DNA from: an uncultured Smithella sp. | GTDB lineage: Bacteria > Desulfobacterota > Syntrophia > Syntrophales > Smithellaceae | Direction: 5' to 3' | Assembly: GCA_964400795.1 (NCBI GenBank) | Contig: CAYNWA010000011.1 | Span: 26,374-87,578 of the forward strand | Length of the DNA: 61,205 nucleotides | Part shown: positions 40,807 through 50,346 of the stretch, one piece after another | Numbering within the stretch: the stretch's first letter is position 1 | Layout of the letters: each line of letters starts with the position of its first letter | Program-made: the position numbers and the translations under genes | The notes under the pieces: model-generated | What the model saw: the letters and a program-made list of their open reading frames with translations, nothing else | Database searches by the model: none | What the model was told of the DNA's origin: nothing

Positions 40807-41136
40807 GTGCCCATGTCGTCTGAATTGCCCCGATATGAGATTAACAGAAAAATAAGGCAGGTTCTGGTGAGTCATAATGCCGACATGACGAAAATCAGCT
40901 ATTCCTTCGTGCATCGAACGGTCTATGTATCCGGCAGTCTGGTCAGGGAGTCTCAGGGTGAGTTCAGCCTTTCGGTTGTTGAAGGAATGATCCGGGAACT
41001 CATGAAACTGCCCCGTGTTCAAAAGATTCAGTTTGATCTGGAAAACTGGATTATTTCCAACGAGCCCGGAGCATTAAATATCGTCAAGAAAAAAGGTCTG
41101 GGACAATATCCCACGAGCAAATACCAGCGTGAATAA
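40807..41136 (+). CDS. Hypothetical protein, possibly BON-like
   Basis: Follows yhbY with an AAAGG RBS. Helix-beta-beta(V.VSG)-helix-beta pattern. Confidence 0.6.
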   Translation: MPMSSELPRYEINRKIRQVLVSHNADMTKISYSFVHRTVYVSGSLVRESQGEFSLSVVEGMIRELMKLPRVQKIQFDLENWIISNEPGALNIVKKKGLGQYPTSKYQRE

Positions 41137-41250
41137 ATTCCTGAAGAGAGAGTGCTTTACTTAAAATAATAGGGCGCATTCCTAATAGTCTATATGATTG
41201 TCTTTTAGAATTTGGCTTGGTCCTTTTTAAATTAATTTGAAATACGAATT

Positions 41251-43560
41251 ATGCTAAAAACATTTTCATTGGATCAAAAAATGCCATGGTACATGGCTTT
41301 ATTCATACTCGCTTTATTCACGCTGGCCATGTTTGCCGATGTTTTGTTTTCCCCGGATAATATAATCCTTTCTAACTTTAGAACAGACATTGCCAGACAG
41401 TTTTTTTACTGGAGAGATTTTGGTTTTAGCCAGTTAGCACAGGGAACAATTCCATTATGGAATCCCCACATCTTCTCCGGAGCGCCATTCTTCGGGGGAT
41501 TTCAGTCGGCAATCCTGTATCCGCCGAATATTTTATTTCTGATATTACCTGTGACCAAAGCCATTAATTTCAGCATTGCCTTACACGTTCTGCTGATTGG
41601 ATTTTTCATGTATCTCTGGACAGCCTATCGCAAATTGCATCCGTTGGCGTGTCTTTCATCATCCGTTATGCTTATGTTCAGCGGTTCATATTTTCTTCAC
41701 ATTTACGCCGGACATCTTTCCAATTTATGCACGGTCGCCTGGATTCCTCTTATTTTTTTATGCGTCGACAGATTGTTTGATGAGCGTTCGCTGAAATGGC
41801 TTCTGATCGGTATTTTTTCATTGACTATGTTTATCCTGGCCGGGCATCCTCAGTATGTATATTATACCGCTCTGGTAATCATGATTTATTCGGCGCTTCG
41901 CCTGATGAAAGCAACGCACCGTTTCGGCATCATCGTCAGTCTTGCGGCCGTTTGCATGGGAAGCCTGCTGTTATCCGCGGTGCAGGTTCTCAGCGGTCTG
42001 GATGCCGCCGGGGAAAGTGCGCGCGGCGCCGCCTCGTATTTATATGCTGCAAGATTCTCGCTGCCTCCCGAAAATATGATTACTCTTCTTGTTCCTGATT
42101 TTTTTGGAGATGTTGTGAACATATCCTATTGGGGGCGGTTCTTTCTCTGGGAAATGTCGCTCTTTATCGGGGTCACCGGAATATCCATGGCGATTTATGG
42201 TGCTTTGTATGGAGAACGTCAAAAACGGCATTTTTCGCTAACAATGGTCATCATTCTTTTTGTGCTTGCGCTTGGAGCCCATACGCCGTTTGCCCGTATT
42301 CTTTATCATTGGCTGCCCGGATTTGATAGTTTCAGGGGCGCATCAAAGTTCATTTCTTTACTGGCAGTATTTCTGGTGATGCTGGCCGGTATCGGATTGG
42401 ATGATTTGTTGCGAAATAAGTATCGAAGTTTAACAATGCCTATTACGCTTTTAATGGCAGGCCTGACGCTTTTGGGTGCGGCACTTTGGATATCGGTGTC
42501 CATGAGCAGTGCAAACATACCAAACCTTATTCAACAATTGATAAATTATATTGTGAGCACAAAAGAATCATATCTTGCGACCAATGTATATTCCAATCCC
42601 GATTTTATCAACGCCGCCAATCATTTTGCGATGAAAGCTCTTTTGCGTTCAGCGTTGATATTTCTGTTCCTGGCTCTTTTGTTGTTTGCCGTGAAATATC
42701 ATCGGGTATTTATCTATATTATTGCCGTTTTGGGAGTTGTTGAAATTTTTGTTTTTGCCCATGCGTCGAAGCAGGTTTTTAATGCCGACATCCTGAAGCC
42801 TTCCGAAATGGATGCATTTTTAAAAGAGCATCCCGGAGATTATCGTATTCTGAATCTGGTCAATCCGAACAGTGCCATGTCCAGCGGCGCGAGGGATATT
42901 TGGGGTTACGATTCTGTAGTTCTTCTTCGTTACGACCGGTTTTTAAGATTCACACAGGGAATGGATCCGAATGATTCCACGCAGTATTTGGTTTTGGGGA
43001 AAGCTCATCGTTTATTGAATATGCTCAGATGTCGATATTTTTTTGTTCCTAGGAAGAATGAATTCTTAATCATTGAAGGAAAAGACGTGATGAATCATAT
43101 TCATCTTATTCCGCACTGGCAGGTTATCAGTAAACCGGATGACATATTTAAGGAAATGAATAAACCGACTTTTGATCCGCGTCAGACGGTTATACTGGAA
43201 TCATCGCCGGATATAGAAGCACCTAAAAAAGCGGGCATGCGAGAATGTACGATAGAAAACGCTTCGACGAATCATTTAACCATTAAAGCAAAACTCGCAC
43301 AACCGGCCATTTTGTTAATAACGGATAACTTCAGCAAAGGCTGGAAAGCGGTGGCATTGCCGGCCAGTGCTCAGAAAAATTATACCGTCATGCCTGCCAA
43401 TTACACGCTGATGGCAATCCCGCTGTCTTCGGGTGAACACCATTTGCGCCTCGAGTATAAACCCAAAGCTTTTGTAGCGGGGGCGTGGATATCATTGTCC
43501 GCTTTGATTATTTATTTAATCCTGGTATTTATCGCCGTAAGAAAATCAAAACCCTTGTAA
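41251..43560 (+). CDS. YfhO-family polytopic membrane protein (GT-C-like)
   Basis: PLWNPHIFSGAPF, AGHPQY, multi-TM core, and C-terminal LLITDNF..GWKA...ANYTLMAI..G.H. Confidence 0.8.
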   Translation: MLKTFSLDQKMPWYMALFILALFTLAMFADVLFSPDNIILSNFRTDIARQFFYWRDFGFSQLAQGTIPLWNPHIFSGAPFFGGFQSAILYPPNILFLILPVTKAINFSIALHVLLIGFFMYLWTAYRKLHPLACLSSSVMLMFSGSYFLHIYAGHLSNLCTVAWIPLIFLCVDRLFDERSLKWLLIGIFSLTMFILAGHPQYVYYTALVIMIYSALRLMKATHRFGIIVSLAAVCMGSLLLSAVQVLSGLDAAGESARGAASYLYAARFSLPPENMITLLVPDFFGDVVNISYWGRFFLWEMSLFIGVTGISMAIYGALYGERQKRHFSLTMVIILFVLALGAHTPFARILYHWLPGFDSFRGASKFISLLAVFLVMLAGIGLDDLLRNKYRSLTMPITLLMAGLTLLGAALWISVSMSSANIPNLIQQLINYIVSTKESYLATNVYSNPDFINAANHFAMKALLRSALIFLFLALLLFAVKYHRVFIYIIAVLGVVEIFVFAHASKQVFNADILKPSEMDAFLKEHPGDYRILNLVNPNSAMSSGARDIWGYDSVVLLRYDRFLRFTQGMDPNDSTQYLVLGKAHRLLNMLRCRYFFVPRKNEFLIIEGKDVMNHIHLIPHWQVISKPDDIFKEMNKPTFDPRQTVILESSPDIEAPKKAGMRECTIENASTNHLTIKAKLAQPAILLITDNFSKGWKAVALPASAQKNYTVMPANYTLMAIPLSSGEHHLRLEYKPKAFVAGAWISLSALIIYLILVFIAVRKSKPL

Positions 43561-43650
43561 AACAATTTTTATATTTAATCTGACAATGGTTTTGAGTAAC
43601 AAGGCATCCGATGTGCAATATGCCGGATGAATTAAGAAAACAAGATTGAA

Positions 43651-44973
43651 TCAGTTTTTAGACGATTTAACCTGCTGGGCGGGTGAAGATAACGAAGCAT
43701 ATAATAAAGCCGGTTGCAGGCTGTGATTCTTTCTTTGTGTGTTTTTCGTGTCATAGAAAAGAGCTATGTTGAAAATATTGTTTATGGCTTTTGTCAACTT
43801 TGTGAATTCTGCCATTTGTGCTGATGGAACAGGCTTGCCCGGAACGTTTTTAATTTTTAACGGATTCATCGGCGTGTTTCCCTGTCTCATTTCATAGTGC
43901 AGGTGCGGACCGGTTGCTAAACCCGTAGCTCCTACATAACCAATTAAATCGCCCTGCTGAACTTTTTTGCCCCGACGAATGTTTTTGCCGATTCTGGACA
44001 GGTGGCCATAGTATGTCCGGTATCCGTTGGGATGGTAAATAATAATGAGGTTTCCATATCCGCCTTTGTACCCGACAAATCTTACAGTGCCGTTTCCAAT
44101 GGCGCTGACAGGTGTCCCCGTTGCGGCGACATAATCAATGCCATGATGAGGACGGCGGACCTTCAGGATAGGATGAAGACGGCTCTTGCTGAAATGAGAG
44201 CTTATGCGCCTGAAGCTGAGCGGTGCTTTTAAGAACGCTCTGCGCAGGGACTGCCCATCAGCGTTGTAATAATCTGTTTTACCGTCGTGTTCGAAAAGAT
44301 ACGCATTGTAGATCTGATTGTTATTGACAAATTCGATGGACAGAATTCTGCCATATTTTTTGAATTTTCCATCCACATACAGCCCTTCAACAATAATTCT
44401 GAAAGAATCGCCCGTACGGATGTCGGTGTTGAAATCAATATCCCAGGCCAATATATCCGCCATTTGCAGGGCAAGAAGATAATCTTCCTTTTCAGAGCCG
44501 AAAGCGGAAACCAGCATATTTTGAATAGTGCCGCCGATGGTCAAAATGCGTGTTTCATAGGGGATATTGTATTTACACGCCTGGAAGCAGCCGTCCACCC
44601 GTTCTATTTTGAGAATAGTGCTGTCATCAATTTCGTAAGTAAAAGAATTGATATAATTCTCATCATCCAAGGTGAAACTATAGGGTTTGCCCGGACGGAT
44701 TTCCCGCGGAGAATGAACATTGGCCAGCGCTGTTTTTATTTCGAAAAGTTCATTGGAGTGCATTCCATATTTAGAGAAAATGGAGGAAAGCGTTTCGCCT
44801 TTTTTGATTTTGTCGTTTATGGATTTTACAGGCTTAGTTTCCGATACGGGAGCCGTTCCTCCAGATGAGTAAGCCATTTCCCCCGTGAAATGATTTATCA
44901 GGGATTGATGTACAGGGAAAAATCCGATCAAGACGAATAAAATGACTAACAAGATCAAGGTTTTTCTGTTCAA
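43651..44973 (-). CDS. M23 peptidase (MepM-like)
   Basis: HHGIDY, YGHLS and ATGPHLHYE. Confidence 0.93.
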   Translation of the reverse strand: MNRKTLILLVILFVLIGFFPVHQSLINHFTGEMAYSSGGTAPVSETKPVKSINDKIKKGETLSSIFSKYGMHSNELFEIKTALANVHSPREIRPGKPYSFTLDDENYINSFTYEIDDSTILKIERVDGCFQACKYNIPYETRILTIGGTIQNMLVSAFGSEKEDYLLALQMADILAWDIDFNTDIRTGDSFRIIVEGLYVDGKFKKYGRILSIEFVNNNQIYNAYLFEHDGKTDYYNADGQSLRRAFLKAPLSFRRISSHFSKSRLHPILKVRRPHHGIDYVAATGTPVSAIGNGTVRFVGYKGGYGNLIIIYHPNGYRTYYGHLSRIGKNIRRGKKVQQGDLIGYVGATGLATGPHLHYEMRQGNTPMNPLKIKNVPGKPVPSAQMAEFTKLTKAINNIFNIALFYDTKNTQRKNHSLQPALLYASLSSPAQQVKSSKN

Positions 44974-45194
44974 TAAACGGCTCCTTATTTATAAAAAATA
45001 ACGTTCGCAAAATACTGATTATAAAAATTATGTCAAGAAAAAAATGCTAAGCAATTGAAATAATTGGATAATATTTTAAGATTGATTTATGGTATTTAAT
45101 GCGTTGGGGATAAATAGTGCCACATTACCTTAAGATAGTTTTCCCTGACACATCCCTGACTTGTAATATGGTTTTTGGATTAAGTATGCTAAAG

Positions 45195-45222
45195 AAAGCA
45201 GAGCCATTTCTGGCCCTGCTTT
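45195..45222 (-). terminator. Probable intrinsic terminator downstream of the OmpA-family gene
   Basis: AAAGCAG(A)GCCA-TTTC-TGGC(C)CTGCTTT hairpin with T-rich flanks on both strands. Confidence 0.6.
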
Positions 45223-45264
45223 TTCATTTTTGCATCCTTATCTCCCGCAGGGAGCTTTCAATGC

Positions 45265-45939
45265 TTACGGCGTCTGGGGTTGTGTTTGAGGTGCAATTTT
45301 GATTTCCACCCTTCTGTTCATTTGACGTCCAGCCTCGGTACTGTTGGTTGCCACAGGCATGGTTTTTCCGTACCCGACAACTTCAATACGGCTGGAAGCT
45401 ACGCCGCGCTGAACCAGCAGATTTTTCACCGCATTGGCGCGCCGCCTGGAAAGATCCATGTTATATGCATCGGACCCGACACTGTCTGTATGCCCTTCTA
45501 CCATGATCAATGTTTGGGGATATTGATTCAAAACGCCGGCGACGCGGTTTATTTCAGAGTAAAGTCCCTTTCGTACTTCTGTCGAATTTGTATCGAACGT
45601 GACATCACCTCTGAAGGTTACCGCCAAAAGGTTTCCCTCCCGCGTAACGGCAGCAGCTTCGGAGGTTGCCAAAGCATCTCTCATATCTCTTTCCTGATTA
45701 TCCATCATTTTGCCAACACCATATCCGCCCGCTCCACCTACCGCTGCACCTATGGCCGCTCCGATAAGAGTTCCTTTTGTGTCATGGGTTATGACTTGTC
45801 CCAGTATCGCTCCGACCGCCGCTCCACCTCCCGCTCCTACAAGACCGCCTTTTTGCCCTTTTGTCATCGTTCCAGTCTCCGCACAACCAGCCAGAAGCAA
45901 AATGCAACACAGTAACAAAGAAAATCTTTTTTTATTCAT
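45265..45939 (-). CDS. OmpA-family lipoprotein (YiaD-like)
   Basis: Lipobox LAGC, glycine zipper, VEGHTD, LSRRRA and NRRVEI. Confidence 0.93.
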   Translation of the reverse strand: MNKKRFSLLLCCILLLAGCAETGTMTKGQKGGLVGAGGGAAVGAILGQVITHDTKGTLIGAAIGAAVGGAGGYGVGKMMDNQERDMRDALATSEAAAVTREGNLLAVTFRGDVTFDTNSTEVRKGLYSEINRVAGVLNQYPQTLIMVEGHTDSVGSDAYNMDLSRRRANAVKNLLVQRGVASSRIEVVGYGKTMPVATNSTEAGRQMNRRVEIKIAPQTQPQTP

Positions 45940-46159
45940 TTTGTCTCCTTTCAAAATAATAGTTTCGACGTTTTACATTTTTTTAGAAGTTATTTTTAAT
46001 AATCTAATTATAAGCAACTATTGATTTACGCGTCAAGCAAATGTTGGCCACGTGAAATATTGAACGCTATTTGTTTCCGGTGAAAATGTTTAACAAAATT
46101 GTGTTAATGAAACGTTGACTGTCTTGCTGTAAGATATCAAATACTTTAAACTTTTCAAT

Positions 46160-47845
46160 TTATCTGCGGGTTAACTGACGATATTTGATGCGATGGGGTT
46201 GGTTAGCGGCGGCTCCGTATCTTTTCTTATAATCCTCTTCGTATTCGGAATAATTACCATCAAAGAAAAGCACGTTGCTTTCGCCTTCAAAGGCCAGAAT
46301 ATGCGTGCAGATTCTATCCAGAAACCAGCGGTCGTGACTGATGACAACGACACATCCGGCAAAATTTTCCAGTGCGTCTTCCAGTGCACGGAGCGTATTG
46401 ACATCCAAGTCGTTGGTCGGCTCGTCGAGCAGAAGGACATTGCCGCCTTCCTTGAGCATGCGCGCCAGATGAACGCGGTTGCGCTCACCGCCGGATAGGG
46501 TTCCCACTTTCTTCTGCTGATCGGTGCCAGAAAAGTTGAAACGCGACACATAAGCGCGGGAGTTAATCTGGCGGTTGCCGATAGGGATGATATCCTGTCC
46601 GTCGGAAATCATTTCCCAGATATTTTTACTGGGATCAAGCGAATCGCGGCTCTGGTCAACATAAGCCAGCTTGACCGTATCGCCGATGCGAATGGCGCCG
46701 GCATCGGGTTTTTCCTGTCCGGTAATCATTCTAAAAAGGGTCGTTTTCCCTGCACCGTTTGGACCGATGACACCGATAATGCCGCCGGGCGGCAATGAAA
46801 AAGTCATGCCCTCTACCAGAAGATTTTCGCCATAACCTTTGTTCACATCCTTGGTTTCAATCACCAGATCGCCTAATCTTGGTCCCGGCGCGATGAAGAT
46901 TTCGCGAGTGCCGGATTCTTTATCCATCGTTTTTCCCAGCAGTTCTTCGTAAGCATTGATACGCGCCTTGGATTTGGCATGCCTTCCTTTAGGTGACATG
47001 CGAATCCATTCCAGTTCGCGTTCGAGAGTTTTTATCCGGTCGCTTTCCGCCTTTTCCTCGTTTTTCAGACGGTTTTGCTTCTGTTCCAGCCAGGAGGAAT
47101 AATTGCCCTGCCAGGGAATGCCCTGTCCGCGGTCGAGTTCCAGAATCCAGCCAGCCACGTTATCCAGAAAATAGCGGTCGTGCGTGACGGCAATGATGGT
47201 GCCTTCATATTTTTGCAGATGATGTTCCAGCCAGGCAACGGATTCAGCGTCCAGATGATTGGTTGGCTCGTCCAGAAGCAGGATGTCCGGCTTCTGTAAA
47301 AGCAGACGGCACAGCGCGACACGGCGGCGTTCACCGCCGGAGAGCACCTTGACCGGTGTGTCGCCGGGCGGACAGCGCAGCGCGTCCATGGCCATTTCCA
47401 GACGGGAATCAATATCCCAGGCATCCAGGGCGTCGAGTTTTTCCTGAACCTCGCCCTGCCTCTCACAGAGCTTGGTCATGTCGTCATCGGACATCGGTTC
47501 GGCAAATTTTTCGTTTATTTCATTGTATTCCTGAATCAGATCCATCGTGCTTTGTACGCCCTGTTCCACAATTTGCCGTACGGTTTTATTGTCATCCAGA
47601 CGCGGTTCCTGTTCCAGATAACCAACGGTATAGCCGGGAGAAAGAATGGTTTTGCCTAAAAAATCCGTATCCACGCCGGCCAGAATTTTCAGAAGAGAAC
47701 TTTTTCCGGAGCCGTTCAAACCGATGACGCCGATCTTTGCCCCGTAAAAATAAGACAGATAGATATCCCTGAGTACGGGTTTTTTTTCGTAAATTTTACT
47801 GACTCCAATCATGGAGTAGATTACTTTGTTTCCTTCATTGGCCAT
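46160..47845 (-). CDS. ettA: Energy-dependent translational throttle protein EttA
   Basis: Two ABC domains, GAKIGVIGLNGSGKS, RMSPKGRHAKSKARI and PHRIKYRQL. Confidence 0.96.
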   Translation of the reverse strand: MANEGNKVIYSMIGVSKIYEKKPVLRDIYLSYFYGAKIGVIGLNGSGKSSLLKILAGVDTDFLGKTILSPGYTVGYLEQEPRLDDNKTVRQIVEQGVQSTMDLIQEYNEINEKFAEPMSDDDMTKLCERQGEVQEKLDALDAWDIDSRLEMAMDALRCPPGDTPVKVLSGGERRRVALCRLLLQKPDILLLDEPTNHLDAESVAWLEHHLQKYEGTIIAVTHDRYFLDNVAGWILELDRGQGIPWQGNYSSWLEQKQNRLKNEEKAESDRIKTLERELEWIRMSPKGRHAKSKARINAYEELLGKTMDKESGTREIFIAPGPRLGDLVIETKDVNKGYGENLLVEGMTFSLPPGGIIGVIGPNGAGKTTLFRMITGQEKPDAGAIRIGDTVKLAYVDQSRDSLDPSKNIWEMISDGQDIIPIGNRQINSRAYVSRFNFSGTDQQKKVGTLSGGERNRVHLARMLKEGGNVLLLDEPTNDLDVNTLRALEDALENFAGCVVVISHDRWFLDRICTHILAFEGESNVLFFDGNYSEYEEDYKKRYGAAANQPHRIKYRQLTRR

Positions 47846-47870
47846 AAAACATCTTTTTTCGAACGGGATT

Positions 47871-48536
47871 TTAAATGTAAGGGAATATCCCCTGGATAAT
47901 TAAATTAAAATTTCTCTGAATATTGCCTTGTCCCTGCAAAATGCCCATGTGCCCCGGGAAAAGCCACTCAAGATCAAGTTTGGAAAAATTCAGAATGCTT
48001 TTTTTTAAAAGGGAGCCGTTGCCGCCGGGAAAATCCGTTCGCCCCACGCTTTGATCGAAAATCACATCGCCGCAAAACAGCGCTCTCTGGTCGGGCCAGT
48101 AAAGTCCGACGGAGCCGGGAGAATGACCGGGAGCAAGAATGATTTTAAATATCTGGTCTCCCAAAGCCACATCGCCTTCTTCCAGCGGCAAGTTTACATT
48201 CATTCTGGGAACATTGATGCCAAAAAGACTGTAAATATCACCGCCGTCGCTTTTTAAAAATTCGATTTCCTTGGTATGCAGGCCCACCTTGACGTGTTCC
48301 TGATCAAAAACTTCCGATCCCTGAAAATGGTCGGGGTGCGAATGGGTGTTGATGACAAAGCGGATATCTTCTTTTTTGATGCCGTCAGCGGACATCTGCT
48401 TGAGCAAGTTGGGCACATAACCGGTCAAGCCGGGATCGATTAAAGCATTGATACCGCCGCCTATAAAGAAGCTGTTGCAGTTGTTTTCGAACGGGCTGGT
48501 CCATTCATAGACATAAATATCATTTTTTAATTTCAT
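47871..48536 (-). CDS. MBL-fold metallo-hydrolase
   Basis: THSHPDH, PGHSPGS, GDVIF and PGH. Start moved to the ATG at 48536. Confidence 0.9.
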   Translation of the reverse strand: MKLKNDIYVYEWTSPFENNCNSFFIGGGINALIDPGLTGYVPNLLKQMSADGIKKEDIRFVINTHSHPDHFQGSEVFDQEHVKVGLHTKEIEFLKSDGGDIYSLFGINVPRMNVNLPLEEGDVALGDQIFKIILAPGHSPGSVGLYWPDQRALFCGDVIFDQSVGRTDFPGGNGSLLKKSILNFSKLDLEWLFPGHMGILQGQGNIQRNFNLIIQGIFPYI

Positions 48537-48751
48537 TTTGACTCCTGTGCATTTGATTTGGATGGAATAAAAATCCAAAGTAATATGTATAGTAATATAC
48601 CGGTGCCGAAACATATAACAAGTGTCACGAACAAAAGACGCCATGCCCAGGATGGAATAGGAGAACTTTCGCCCAATCCACCGCAAACACCGCCAATCCA
48701 TTTATCTAAATCAGATTTTGTCAAATTTTGCAGCCAGTTGTCCTGTTTCAT
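48533..48751 (-). CDS. PspC-domain protein
   Basis: DKWIGGVCGGLG...R..F...G.GILLYILLWIFIP. Confidence 0.88.
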   Translation of the reverse strand: MKQDNWLQNLTKSDLDKWIGGVCGGLGESSPIPSWAWRLLFVTLVICFGTGILLYILLWIFIPSKSNAQESK

Positions 48752-48784
48752 AATTGTTCCTCAAAAAAATATTATTTTCAAAAC

Positions 48785-49294
48785 TTAGTTTTTTGTTAGA
48801 AAAAGATTTTCTACGGCCAAATCCGATATTCTGTGGCTGACACTGACAATATTTCCTTCTTTATCCAACAGAATGAATGTCGGTACGCCGATAATATTAT
48901 AGTTCGTGGCAACGCTACCGTCGTCATCAACAAGGACCAGATAAGGGAACAAATTTTGTTTGGCAAAGCGTGCCACCCTTTCCGTGGATTCATTGATATC
49001 AATGTATAAAAACTTTAATCCGCGCAAAGCGTATTTATCGTAAAGATCTCTATATAACGGCATTTCAATGCGACAGGCGGGGCACCAGGTGGTTCCGAAA
49101 AACATCACCACGGGATTTCCGCGCTGGCTGTTAAGCCTGAATATTTTCCCCTGGATATCTTTTAAAGAAAAATCAGGGGCTGGAACTTTATCATGCCTGG
49201 AAAAAAAGCCAGGCCTGTATTGTCCAAAACACATGGCGACTGTAGCTAAGATAAACAGGGAAATCAAAGCCAGCAAAACTTTTTTATTCATCAT
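48785..49294 (-). CDS. TlpA-family thioredoxin
   Basis: APDFSL, TWCPAC and GVPTF; N-terminal anchor. Confidence 0.9.
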   Translation of the reverse strand: MMNKKVLLALISLFILATVAMCFGQYRPGFFSRHDKVPAPDFSLKDIQGKIFRLNSQRGNPVVMFFGTTWCPACRIEMPLYRDLYDKYALRGLKFLYIDINESTERVARFAKQNLFPYLVLVDDDGSVATNYNIIGVPTFILLDKEGNIVSVSHRISDLAVENLFLTKN

Positions 49295-49303
49295 GCCCTC
49301 GTT

Positions 49304-50020
49304 TCATATTGATAATGTGCCCGCAATATACAGGAAATATTCCGCCGCGCCAATTAATATCAGTCCGGACATGAATTTAATTTTTGTCATCCATTCTCCT
49401 GACTTGGGCAAGGAAGCAATAAATCCGGCAAAGGTGCCAACAATAATCAGCAGCGTTCCCATCCCAAATGCAAAGACAAAAAGCAACCCCATTCCCAGTA
49501 AAATATTTGTTTTTACCGCCACATAACCAAGTAAAACACCCAGAGCGGGAGCGGTACAAGGACCGATAACCACACCGGAAACCATACCGATGAGGAAGCT
49601 GTTTAAGAAACTTTTTCTATTGCTTGGATCGTAAAGTTTCATCAGTTTTTGTGGGACGGGAATTGATATGTTGAAAACATCCAGCATGGATAATCCCATC
49701 ACCAGACACAAATTAGCCATAATGAAATAGGTCCAGGGCGTCGTCTGCATTTGTCCGAAAATTCTGCCTGATAAAGCTGCCGCCGCGCCTAAAGCTGCGT
49801 AGGTGATCGCCAGTCCAATGACATAAAACAAGGAAAGCATAAATCCGCGAAGCCTGGAAGATGATTCCTGTATACCGATAAATCCGATTGTTACCGGAAT
49901 TAAAGGATAGGTGCAGGGAGTAAAGCTGATTAAAATTCCACCCAGGTAGGCGGCAAGAAACGCTAAAAAGACAGATGTCTCCAGATAGAGGGATAAATTG
50001 TTAATCAGGTTTTCAATCAT
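49304..50020 (-). CDS. ccdA: CcdA/DsbD-beta transmembrane electron transporter
   Basis: SFTPCTYPLIP and IGPCTAP. Confidence 0.9.
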   Translation of the reverse strand: MIENLINNLSLYLETSVFLAFLAAYLGGILISFTPCTYPLIPVTIGFIGIQESSSRLRGFMLSLFYVIGLAITYAALGAAAALSGRIFGQMQTTPWTYFIMANLCLVMGLSMLDVFNISIPVPQKLMKLYDPSNRKSFLNSFLIGMVSGVVIGPCTAPALGVLLGYVAVKTNILLGMGLLFVFAFGMGTLLIIVGTFAGFIASLPKSGEWMTKIKFMSGLILIGAAEYFLYIAGTLSI

Positions 50021-50138
50021 CCGTAAATATCCTTATTTTGTGTTTCATGACAGGATAAAAAATACTTTCAAAAGTCAACAGAGAAATTGTTTATGAATAT
50101 GATAATCTGCAAATTCAAAATTAATACAAACGAAAAAA

Positions 50139-50193
50139 TGGTGCCGAAGACTGGATTTGAACCAACACAGGCATACCTCCACAAGTCGCTGAA
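50139..50193 (-). pseudogene. Degenerate 3' fragment of tRNA-Leu (probable att scar)
   Basis: Minus strand reads TTCAG...GGAGGTATGCCT-GTGTTGGTTCAAATCCAGT-CTTCGGC-A-CCA: variable arm, T-loop and a Leu-type acceptor strand. No matching 5' half GCCGAAG is seen. Confidence 0.65.
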
Positions 50194-50346
50194 TGCAGAA
50201 ATCAGGACATTCAAGGATAAGAAGGGATAGCAAGAACTTATTATGATGTCAAATAAAATGATCATTTTATCGCGGTAAGAACAGCAAGCTTTTCGTAATG
50301 AATTATACAAAATTTCGAGTCATTGAGAATTTTCCCGCCGATCGCA

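Noticed and set aside
50139-50230. Functional tRNA-Leu gene
   Set aside because: No 5' acceptor strand or D-arm, and the anticodon and T stems are degenerate.
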